This document shows positions 37,781 through 49,066 of a DNA stretch of 64,000 nucleotides, one piece after another. Below the pieces are notes generated by a model. It was not told the DNA's origin. It did no database searches and worked only from the letters and a program-made list of their open reading frames with translations. The position numbers and the translations under genes were made by a program. Origin of the DNA: Marsupella aquatica (Eukaryota > Plantae > Marchantiophyta); assembly GCA_973895155.1 (NCBI GenBank), contig OZ316891.1:1603324-1667323 (forward strand). The letters are read 5' to 3'. Each line of letters opens with the position of its first letter. Within the stretch, counting starts at the first letter, position 1.

Positions 37781-37950
37781 GGGTCTAGAGTGAAGTCTCT
37801 AGACCCTCACTCCATATAAAGACAAAATTGGACAGTCACTAAGTAAGGGCAAAGTGAGGGTGAACAAAAAATGGGGATGGGGCAAATATAGATGTGAGAC
37901 AGCATAGAATTCCTTTTTCTGCAAGACTTTTTTTGGTGTTCATCTCTATT
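37781..37950. repeat. Dispersed repeat headed by hairpin GGGTCTAGAG-TGAAGT-CTCTAGACCC; related copies at ~28306-28480 and ~5694-5714 (partial)
   Basis: Perfect 10-bp stem at 37781-37806 and 7-bp stem at 28323-28342. Shared downstream blocks TAAAGACAAAA, GGGGATG and TGCAA..TTGGT..TCTCTATT. Confidence 0.6.
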
Positions 37951-37964
37951 GAGGTTCAAGGAAC

Positions 37965-38725
37965 TATTTACAGGTAATTAGGCTAGTATAGGATTATATT
38001 ACAAGCTGCAACCTAGCCAATGGGTAATCAGGCTAGAATTATATTACAAGCCGCAACCTACAATTTCTAGCTCACATTGACATATTTTACAAGTTTGCAC
38101 GATTTCTAGCGAATGGGTAATCAGGCTAGTGTAGAATTATAGTGCAAGCTGCAACCTACGATTTCTAGCTCACATGGATATATGTTACAAGTTTGCCACC
38201 AACGATTTCTAGCTCACATCTTCGTTCTCACGCCATCGTTGTTCTTTGCCAAGAATTACTGCCACCTCTGTTGAAAGTTCGTCCCGAACACTCGATCATC
38301 TGCTGGTTCAGCATTTTCTACTCTCCACGACTCTGTCTGCATTTCGATGTCACTGAACATAGTTCGGTCTACCTTTACCGCAAGAAACCCTCCAAAGTGT
38401 GCAATCGATTTGCATTTCGATGTGAGATATGAACAGCGTTCAGACCTTCCAGAAATTCACACCGCTTCTTTCGCACTCCATCATTGTTCTTTGCTTGCTA
38501 CGTGCAAGAATTACTGCCACCTCTGTTTGTAGTTCGTCCTGCACACTCAATCATCTGCTATCATCTGCAATTTCAGTCCCAGCTATGAGCGCAGACACAT
38601 GAGCGTATCATACTTGCTATTTCGATATGCCTTCCACTACACGGAAGTTTCGGAAGTGTGCAATGATCCCGTTTGAATGTCGATGTGAGATCTGAACAGA
38701 GTTCAGACCTTCCAGAAATTCGCAC
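37965..38725. repeat. Nested degenerate tandem repeats (GGTAATCAGGCTAG..CAAGCTGCAACCTA/ATTTCTAGCTCACAT units, then a ~250-290-bp duplication)
   Basis: CAAGAATTACTGCCACCTCTGTT and GATGTGAGAT.TGAACAG.GTTCAGACCTTCCAGAAATTC each occur twice. Confidence 0.75.
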
Positions 38726-40651
38726 GCGCCGGTTAAGGCACGGGCGGGGGTTTGGAAATAGTTTTCAACCAGCAATTGACGCGTCTCGGTTTCACCTCAC
38801 TAACTGCGTCATTGCCCCAAGCGCAAAGATGCCGTGTCTGTCTCTCCCTCAGCTTCTTGTACTCTTTCGTCCGTCGCGTTTTTGGTGCTCCGGCTGTGCT
38901 TATGGTCTTAAGTATGTTAGGCCTCTTGAGTAGCGTCCGGCCACCTGTTTGAAGAATTTATTTGTGGCTCGGAATAAAGGATCCACAAAGGCATGTCCGT
39001 GGAGGGCAAAATGCTGCTTGAATGATTTCGTGTGTATGATTTCGTGTGTCTAGGACATGGGCTCAGACGATCTGCATGCTGGGCATGTCTACTGAAGTCG
39101 TAGCCATGAGCGCAGACACACTTGAGCATGAAGAGACGCCTCCATTGAAGCTTCTTAATTTGCAACTGACACTGCGGCAAATACAAGTTGTATTAGCCCT
39201 TGTGAGGTCTTCCACAATTGATAGCATCAGGAAAGACGATATTCACTTCTAGGGCGACTTGCACGTTGTTGTCAAAATTTATGAAATCCTCTAGACTTAT
39301 AGTGAAGGTCTGGAACATTTCATAAACTCCTGGACTCAAGAATTGAAGTAGAAATATTTGAGTCTGAAATTAAATGGCCAGGTCTATGACCAGACAAGAC
39401 ATAGATGGCTGAATTCTCGAGCAAGATCCAGCTACAGTAGGTAAAGCGTGAAGAGCTTGCCTAACCCACTGCCCATCCATGACCATATCTGTCGGTTGCA
39501 GGATATATTTTAGAAAGATTATGACCCCGATTATGACTTTGCCAACAGCTACTGTAGCTAACATAACAGTCTCGAAGGAGCAAACTCGAGATAATGATAT
39601 TCTCTGGTCTTAAATAGGTGAGAAATGAATTGAGCCACTGAAACTACTCTTGACTGAAGTAGATCGACGGTGAGCGAATTGATGAAGGAGAAGGCCGTCC
39701 GAACTGATCAATAGAAAATTAAGTTGATGATGCGATCACGAGCTAGTCGCCGCGCTCGTGGTGACACTGCGGGTGGTCATCTCAATACAGTCCACCCTCG
39801 TTGAGCAACCGAATGAAAAGCCTTGACGAACAGAAGAAAGACGATCAAAGTCACACAGGAGACATTTAACTCGTCGCGGGAAATGATGATGGCTAAGACA
39901 ATCTGTTTGCGTTTCCGGTAACTGCTCCGTCAGCTGTTCCCCGTCAATTAGTCGTACTTGCCCCAGGAAAATGGCTTTCGATTCAGAATCTGCCAAACTC
40001 CGTAAACCATGACTCGAGGCATGTTCTATGCCACTATAAGCATTCAGGCGTTCAAACTAGATGTGAAGCATACAGCCGTTCTTGTTGGTGGGTTGTCACT
40101 CATAAGTAGCTAACACGACTCCTATCCCTCAGTTGGACATGTCAACGCTGAATCACCTAACCTTACATATCCCTCCAAGATCAATGATATTCATTACTGG
40201 CAAACTACTTGAGAGTGACGGTTGGTCGTCACTCAACAGGAGCAAGTGGCCTCTCATTCCTCCTCAGTTGCACTTGCCAATGGCGAAAATATTGACCTAC
40301 TTTCCCAATAGCAATGATATTCTTTACGGAAAAATACTTATGAGCAGCATGACCCTAAGCTGTCAGTAATAGTTCAGTTCTGTCGCTTGTCAGTAGTCTT
40401 TCATTGATACCGAGCTTGCGTGCCTGGGCGGGGAGCACGGGAAATTGTTACATATATAGGCTCTCTTATAGTGCTTCTCACATTCCATGCAGCAACATTG
40501 CAGGATCGAGTACCGCTACCTTAATTTGGTTGTTAACAAACAGTCAGCAAAGAGTCTACGTGCAGATATTAGGGAGATCGTCGTGAGCAGTTCTGTCGCC
40601 AGTTTCCAATCGAACCAACACACATACTCGTTCTCCTTCATCAATAGAGTT

Positions 40652-41455
40652 ATGGTAGACAAGCTGGTTTCTAGAGTAGGTTTGATAGGCCTAGCCCTCA
40701 TGATTCTAGTGGTAGTTCTCGTTAGAATGGTGCCTCTCACGGCAAAGAGGAAGGGTTGGTGGAAGAAGAGCTTCAACGGAGATCGTGTGCAAGTCCAAAT
40801 AGGTGACGAAGCTTATGCATCCAGTGCTGATTGGTTGCATGGGTCATCTCATCCTGGATGGTTACATTCGCAAGGATTGCTTCATGAAAGAATCATCTCT
40901 AGGAATGATGAGCGAGTCATCTCTAGGAATGATGAGCGAGTCATCTCTAGGAATGATGAGCGAAAGATCAGCTGCCCAGTGCCAATCCCGACTTTACACA
41001 CCTTGAATATTAAGGATGACATAACCGCTCGAGTAAAACGCAAGAATAATCACCGTGCAAGAACTGGCTTCCAGTCACCTGTTTCGGAAACGATCGAACA
41101 AGATTATTTTCTCTCCGAAGTCCTTGAAGTCAGTCTTACCAACATAGCACCGCCCCGAGCACCACCAGGTGAAGAGCGGAGGGAAGAGGAGATGTCATAC
41201 ATATGTGATCCTCCTCTTCTGAATTTGCCAGGATGGCTTCGTGATCCACGCCTCCCTCGGCCCCCCATGCAATCTCCAAAGCCTATCATCCTTGGTCCAG
41301 GGCTAAAATTGAAGGCGACTTCTCCACCAGTTAATGCTTCTGCTTTTGCCAAAGCTGGACCTGATTTACTCCCGCAGAGTTCTCGCAACGCCTTCCAGGT
41401 GAACCACAACTCTGTCCACACGGAGTTCGATCTCGAACAGTTTTTAGCTTCATAA
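40652..41455 (+). CDS. Hypothetical single-pass membrane protein, Pro-rich C-terminus, internal 8-aa repeat
   Basis: Longest unexplained ORF (open from 40487). Hydrophobic stretch VGLIGLALMILVVVLV followed by KRKGWWKK, and (ERVISRND)x3 from a 24-bp repeat. No family recognised. Confidence 0.35.
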   Translation: MVDKLVSRVGLIGLALMILVVVLVRMVPLTAKRKGWWKKSFNGDRVQVQIGDEAYASSADWLHGSSHPGWLHSQGLLHERIISRNDERVISRNDERVISRNDERKISCPVPIPTLHTLNIKDDITARVKRKNNHRARTGFQSPVSETIEQDYFLSEVLEVSLTNIAPPRAPPGEERREEEMSYICDPPLLNLPGWLRDPRLPRPPMQSPKPIILGPGLKLKATSPPVNASAFAKAGPDLLPQSSRNAFQVNHNSVHTEFDLEQFLAS

Positions 41456-44400
41456 CCTGGGTTCCACGTACACATCAGTCTGAGATACTTGAATGGAGCA
41501 GGACATATTTTCCTCCGAACTCCTTCAAATCAATCCTATGGCAGAGTTTTTTCAAGTAGAGTGGAAGATCCTATGCCAAGTTTCAAATCCTGGATTGATT
41601 TGAACTCCTATGCCAAGTTTTTTCAAGCAGAGTGAAAGGCGATAATGCATGGCCTACAACTACATCCTCATCATCTGACCCTCCTTCTTTGAAACAGCCA
41701 TGATGGCATTGTCATCCACCAATGGCACTGTACGTACGTGATTTGCAGGAGGCAAAGCGTTTCTTCTGTATCGGTGCAATGGATTCAAATTCAAACATAA
41801 TGTCCGGGAAGCAATTGATTCGTTTTTAATGGTCGACTTGAACATACTTAGTTTCTGCATTGCCTGTTACGTGCATCTTATACGTGGAAACTACTCCAGC
41901 TCAGGTGCTCGATAAGTAAGAACACTCATATGCAATGATCAAGGGTCGGAAATAATGGGAGAGTACTTTGCAATTTTGATTCTAAAAGAATCTGCATTGA
42001 TACTTACAAGTAATTATCGAGTACTCATGTCTGACCAGATACGCAAATTGACAACAATAAAACTCATGCTATTTGCACAGTACGCTTTTGTTATCACTAA
42101 AAACTCCTGTCCCCATCATAGGGCAACGGGTTGTCCGTGTCAGTTGCAGCAAAATCAACGCTACCATTGTTCCATTGCTATTACTTAGAGCGACTGGAAT
42201 AGACCTTCGTACTTTAAAATTGCTTCAAGCAATCATTAAAAGAAATGTTGAGATTTATTATTATTATTAGAATTGTTGAGATTGATTATATCTTCATGCC
42301 TTTCAAGTTTTTGCCTCGGTTTTTGCACTCGACTTTTCGTTACTGAAAGCCCTTACAGCCTATAGTCAATAGAAGCACAAGAAAAGCTACTAGAGCTTGC
42401 CCTGCAGCTGCTGGCATAGACACAGACACACAAACTTTAATTTATATAGTCCTTGAATCCAACAGGTCATGAAGATTTTCTTCATAACAGTACAGACCTT
42501 AATGTTTGTTGCTTAATGATTGTTGTGGAACGTCTTCACAACGTATCTGCAGTTCCTAGAGCAGGGTTGCCTACAGAAAACAAAGGAAGAGAAATAAATT
42601 AATATCTTTCAGATCAGCTGGACGCTATTTCTATGAAGAAAGTAAGGCATTTGATGAAAAATCTCAAATATACGCAGGAGACGACCTGAAGCGAGACAGC
42701 TTCTCAAATATACGCCAGATCTTTGGATGGACAGCAGAAAAATTGTATTGCTGCTCATATCGTACAGATTACACAGATAAAATGAAATGTGGCAAGAAAA
42801 GGAGACATTTGTGGATCTCTCCAATTTCAGACAATATGAGGCTCATTGGAAAAATCTCTCCAAGACGCAGTTTCAAATTATCCCCAAAAATAAGATTCCA
42901 CCGGATATAAGGAAGATAATAAATACAAAAGTTAGCCCTTAATAAACCTTCCAAAGTCTAAATTGTGGACAGTGAGTGGTGGAGGGATCTACAGAAAACT
43001 TCATAACTCTTTCAAGTCTACAAGAAAACTAGAGATATTAAACTTTGTGGTAAGATCTTCTGGCTAGGCATGAAGGTCAAACTTGATTGTCAATGAAGGC
43101 ACTGTCTATGGGGGTTACATGGTTCTTGAGGGTTACATAATTCACCGGCTGGGTTAGGTCCAAGTGAGCATCACTTTCATACATTTCAGTATTGAGATTT
43201 CGATATTTCTAAATTTTGTCAACGAATTCCTGTCTGTGCTGCACGGTTTCTTTTCAACAGGAGTCAAGCTAATTGCGATGGACGTTCAAGAAACCTTTTC
43301 TTCGAAGCTAAGTAACTCTTCTTTAAGAAATGGACTCCCCGATGACATTGCTATAATGGGCAAAATTCCTACAAAGCTTCCGAAAGGGAAAGATGATTGT
43401 TTAATTGTAGATTGCGACCTGAAGCAATTACTTCAAACTCGACTTGTGTACGCTGTTACAGTTAGCCACCATTCAATAGATAGAGGCTCATGTGGTTCTT
43501 AGGATTTTAAGAGATCGTTTCATGGAATTAATCTTAATTCTTTTGAGAGACAAAACTTTAATCCCCTTCCTCCAACCCTACACTTCTATTCTGGATAATT
43601 ATTGATTAGTTTCAGTGCATTACATGTATTGCTAGCCGCAGATGGAGTATATTAGTTAATTTGTTATATCTGGCTGGACAAAGGCAATGGAAGCTAGCTG
43701 GTTGTGTGATACAGGCAAGAGAGAATTCAGCTGCGCGCGTAAAGAACGGAACCATTGAGGATGGGTGTTCGACGACAATTTACAGCAAAAGGCAAGTAGT
43801 ATTCAATGAATTCAGGAAGCGCGCTTGAATTTCTGTGACACTTTAAGAGAAATTATAGACGAGTCAGTATTCAATATGTTGTGATGAACTCTGACCGGTA
43901 GTCAGAGACTGTTGAGAATACCGATTTTCTAGATACTGCCTGTGGTTAGAGCTTGTAGCTGAAGTGCGTTGAGACCATAGAATGATCGGATATATGGTGT
44001 CTCCGTCAAAGCATCAGTTTCAGTAGCAAGAGCCAACCAAGAGGTGGTGTGGTCAGAAGGACATGGTCAGAAGCGCCATGCCATTCTGTAATGGCCCTGC
44101 ATGAATCCAAAAATGTATATTTAATAGACAATTCGGATTCCCCCAAATTTTGTATTCCCCCGGTGTTTACACGTGTCCTGTTCAGCTTTGAAAAATAGAA
44201 TGTTTACAGACCGAGACACCGGACACATTTTGTAAACATAGTTTAAAAAATGGCCGAAAGGTGAAGTGAAGTAAGGAAATGACCTCCCAGCAAGCCATGG
44301 GAGTCTCAAATATACGCAGGAGATGACCTGAAGCGAGACAGCTTCATTGCACCACAGGACCATCCTGTGAAAGAACCTTGCTTGTAGTTTGTTTCCAGAA

Positions 44401-47370
44401 GCAATGTCTACGTACGTCTTCTATTTGAAGAAGGATTCGTTTGGAGGTTCTTTAAGAGAACAGCTGATTCGAAATCTCTAGCCGCGCTTACAATTGAATT
44501 GTAATATGACTGTAACATTACAGTCACCACCGAGATCGTCACCCTTAACTGAATGTGTCATCGATATCTACTGTTACTTTTAGCACTCTAGCTACGATTC
44601 AGAACGAGTATTATTTAATTTTGTTAAGAAACAACTGTTGACGTACATTGTTTTCAACCGTACGGAAACTTTATTGCAAAGAACAGGAACCAGCTGGGAC
44701 CGCCCGGTGGCATTCTAAGGAAGGTGAGCTTCACAAATATCTAACCAAACCAGAAAAAAAAACATTTTACAAGATCTGAAAGATATCGTCTAGTCTCACT
44801 TTAGGGAGCCGTAGATATTCACAAATTTTCTATTCAACTTTTCAATTATCTCAAAGATCTCCTGTATCTTTCCTTGCTGGGTTGAGATAAGGCCTCCGAA
44901 TTTCCGTGACAATCGATCGGACTAATTTTGGGAAGTGTCTGAGATTTTCTGCGCTCCTCCATAAATGATATACACATAGCGTAATCACTAATCAGTCATG
45001 AGTACTCTACAAAAAACGTCAGGAGCTGTAAATCCTGACATGGGCGGCCCTCTCTTGGTCAATACTACCGGAGGACCCGTCTTGGCATCTTGCACTGGAA
45101 ACAGATTTTCAGTTATAAAACAGTATGCCAGATGGCGAACAATGGCTCCATGCTTAGAGCAACTTTTGTGAATGGAACGAACAGGCGTTCCATTCAACCA
45201 TGTGCTCTGAAGTCACCACCGCAACTGAGCGACAAAATAAGTTGTCGTCATAGCAATAGTGCTGTACCATAGCCTGCTAGTTTGGGGAGGGTTTGCATGA
45301 ATTCATGGAAGACACAACATCCACATATCTACAGTAACATGTTGCTGCAGTCTTGCCAATCATCAGTGCACTAATGATTGGAAGTCTGCAGTGTACAGTA
45401 GACACTAGATAGGGCTGTGGAAAGGCCCACGGGCGTTCATTACTGTCCCTACTGTTGGCTAACTTCCACGTACAAGATCACAGCGCTTTTGGGCTTCGAG
45501 CAAGTCTTCCTTTGAAGATACTTCGACAGTTCACACCCACTGGGAACGTGAGATCGAAGGAATCCAGGGCTTTGAGTCGACCACGTTAAGGGTTTCCACT
45601 GGATAAGTCTGCACTTTCCAGTATCGCTCTTTCCGGATGAGGAACTCTATTACCTCTATTACCATTAATGCTCTCTGTGGGCGATTCTGTCCTTCGTCTA
45701 GATCTATTTACGGACTAGGGTTGGTTCTTTCCATGCCCCAACACGATGTAACCCGATTAATGTAAAACACAACTTACTATCAGCAAGTACTTATTAGTCA
45801 GAGTGCAAAATTCTGTTGGAATTAGCCAGCGAGTTCTTCAGTTTAGTAATACATGCATGCAGTACGAAAGTCCAATCCAGTGCCCTCAATGATTTGGGAA
45901 ATCGGGATGGATGCACTTTATCTGACATGCAAGTTTCCAGGTCAATCGGAGACCTATGTGACAGATTGTGGGGCTTTCAACGTTAGTCCATCCCGAAATT
46001 TGGCATCTGTATTTCAATATTGCATTACGGTTCAAATGTGTAGTACATTCGTCTAACATACAGGAGCCGTAGGACGAAATTGACAAGATATACATCATCA
46101 ACGATATTGTTCGAAACAGGCCCACGATCCTCCTCTGCCAAATCACAGCGAACTTAAATTGACTTAAATGTGGACTAAAAGAAAGGAAGTTTCACGTACG
46201 AATGCAGACTGACCCTAGGCAAAAAAGTTGCAAGAACAAGTCAATCGAAACGGTCATTCCAGGAGACTCTTCCCTAATTATGTGGTTCGACATTAGCCAT
46301 CGATCCACCACCTCCTGGCGTGGAAAAATAAAATAAATAGTATTTTTTCCAGTACCATTCTTTTAACTAGAATGGAGGATTTTAGCGTGCTGCGGCGATA
46401 GTTTGGCTCAGCTCGGGGTCTCCAACACTTGTTTCCAATCTCTGAACGCTGGTTTCTCCCGTCTTATCGTTGCCACTTTCCATAGGTAGTTGTTGTAGGT
46501 TCTGGATCATGGTACATATGCCAGCGTAGAGAAACCACAGCTGTAGAACCAGCGACCTCAAGTGAGCAAACAAGATGCGAAATGAACAATGCCCAGTTTT
46601 TCTTGTGAAATATGCCAATTTCTTTCACTTTGTTAGATACTACTCTATTGACATGCCGAATATACACAGGAATATCTATCAAATCTTCTAGTACTTGCTC
46701 AATAAAGAAAGTGCTTGACAATTGAACAGTGCGACTGTAGTCACCCGGTCTACTCATTGAACCCGAAACTCCTTGATGTCTGATATCACCGTACACTTGG
46801 CGCATGCTCAAAGTTTGCGCATGCATCTGACTAGTTTGTGCTCACACCAAGTAATAGCAAGAAAGAAAAGTTGATAAAATGTTTTGGCATCAGTCGATCT
46901 GCAGTATTGCATTGTAGTAACGGCAGCTGGGCTTGTACCAAAGTAACACCTTGATCATTGCCATCAAACGCTCTCTACGAGCTCGGAGAACGTATGTTTG
47001 CATCTGTTTCTGGTTACTTACTGCTACACGCGTTCATCAATTGCAAAGTTGTCTTGGCTAACCACCTATGACTAGTCAGGAGGTGGTTGACACTCTCGTT
47101 AGCTGGAGTCGAGATTGTGCTACCTTAAATGTATTAAATTGGCTTCTTTTCCAGTTGGTGCACGGTGAAAACGATCGGTTCATGACCCTGTAGAAGATCG
47201 ATCCTTGGCCCTAAACGCTAAATACTACATCGTATCTCGACATACTGTAGATTCCTTGTGTACACGATACTTTTGTCATTTTATGAAACACTTGAAATAT
47301 GTTTGTCTTGAGTATGGTTTAAACCATGGGTAATTGTAAAGTGCTAGAAAAGCAAAAAATATTCTTGCAT

Positions 47371-47698
47371 GACCCCTATTTTTCTACATCCAATGCCTAG
47401 CTATCAATTACCTGGTTGGTAACATCCCTTTTGGGGACTCTCTTTTTGCTAGCTACACTCTTTACAGTATTTAGTTTCACACACTCTAATTATTGTGAGG
47501 TTATATTTGAGATAAGTGACAGTAATTAGGGTGTGACCCCTATTTTTCTACATCCAATGCCTAGCTATCAATTACCTGGTTGGTAACATCTCTTTTGGGG
47601 ACTCTCTTTTTGCTAGCTACACTCTTTACAGTATTTAGTTTCACACACTCTAATTATTGTGAGGTTATATTTGAGATAAGTGACAGTAATTAGGGTGT
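47371..47698. repeat. 164-bp tandem duplication spanning the flank and left TIR of the element below
   Basis: Copies 47371-47534 and 47535-47698 differ at about 1 position. TGAC microhomology at the junction. Confidence 0.95.
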
Positions 47699-49066
47699 GT
47701 GACACTAATATGGTACGACACTAATTGTGGTCACAAGTCAAATAGTGTCACATGTACACTTAAGTTAAAAAAACAGAATAGACTATAGTAAAATTTGCTT
47801 ATAAAAAAATGAAAAATGTGCACAATATTTTATTACACTTTACAAAATTTACTACTAAGCAAACTTCAGAAACTTATAACTTGCCCATTGAAGCCCACTC
47901 TGGAATTCATATATGTCAGTTGTGTCGCTCTATGAAAATAGGGGATACTGGGCTCATTGGAAAGCATATGTCAAGAGATTCTAAGGATACCAGGATCAAC
48001 AACTATCATCCAGTAATGAAGGTGTGAATACACACAGAAAATAGTCGACTTCGGAAATTTCTACATGCATTGATCCTAATCGAAAATGGGCGATGCTGGG
48101 CTCATTGGAAAGTACATCTCAAGGAGCTTCTAATGGTACCAGGATTGACACCTATCATCCAATAATCAAGGAGAAATCAAAGGTCAATCTTCGTTGATTG
48201 CAGAAAATGTGAATACACACAGAAAACAGTAGACTTTGGAAAAATCTACATGCACTGATCCTAATCGAAAATGGGCGATATTGGGTTCATTGGAAAGCAC
48301 ATGTCAAGGAGCTTCTAATGGTACCAGGATTGACACCTAGCATCTAATAATCAAGAAGAAATCAAAGGTCGATCATTGCTAATTACCAAAAATGTGCATA
48401 CACAGAGAAGACAGTTGACTTTGGAAATTTCTCCATGCATTGATCCTAAACAAAAATGGGCGATGTTGGGCTTGTTGGAAAGCGCATCGTAAAACGCTTC
48501 TGATGGTAACGGGATTGAGAATTCTCATCATAACGAGACGTAAAATACAGAACAAATATTTCACAAGCTGCTTCAAGAAAAGAACAGACTCTTTTGATAC
48601 ACTTAAAAACATTTTGTGGGTCTTGAAGTGCAGCAAGGAAAAGCCAAAGGAGACGCAGATTAATTACCAGTGACATGTTGACATAACCTTGATTCTCTTT
48701 CCCTTACTCTAGCAAATCCAGCTATGATGAGCAATCCATATCATGCCATGTTATCGCTCTGTTACTCTCCTTTCACAAAGACTGACCAGCTAAAATACAA
48801 AGGAAATTTTTGAAAAACATACGCACACAGAGATGTCATTGAAAGTCTGGATAACTTTGGAGTGAGTCTAGTTTAGGGTTACCACCAATTATATTGTTAT
48901 CTCTAATTATCAATATTTTTAAATATATTAATTTTTTTTTCAAAATTGAAGGTGACTGTAAATAGTGTCAGTTGGCTGAAAATCAAGGGATACCTCTAAT
49001 TAGTGTGTGTGACACTAATTGTTAGTGACACTAATTGTTTAATGAGACTAAATACTGTAAAGAGTG
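47620..49066. mobile_element. Non-autonomous TIR transposon (Tc1/mariner/pogo-type, TA target duplication), ~1.45 kb
   Basis: Perfect 20-bp TIR CACTCTTTACAGTATTTAGT (47620) / ACTAAATACTGTAAAGAGTG (49047-49066), TA on both sides, ACACTAAT subterminal motifs, internal ~150-190-bp repeats (GGGCTCATTGGAAAG..) at 47940-48510, no transposase. Confidence 0.88.

Noticed and set aside
44988-46826. Minus-strand exon-like fragments
   Set aside because: No consistent spliced, stop-free model could be built and no domain was recognised.
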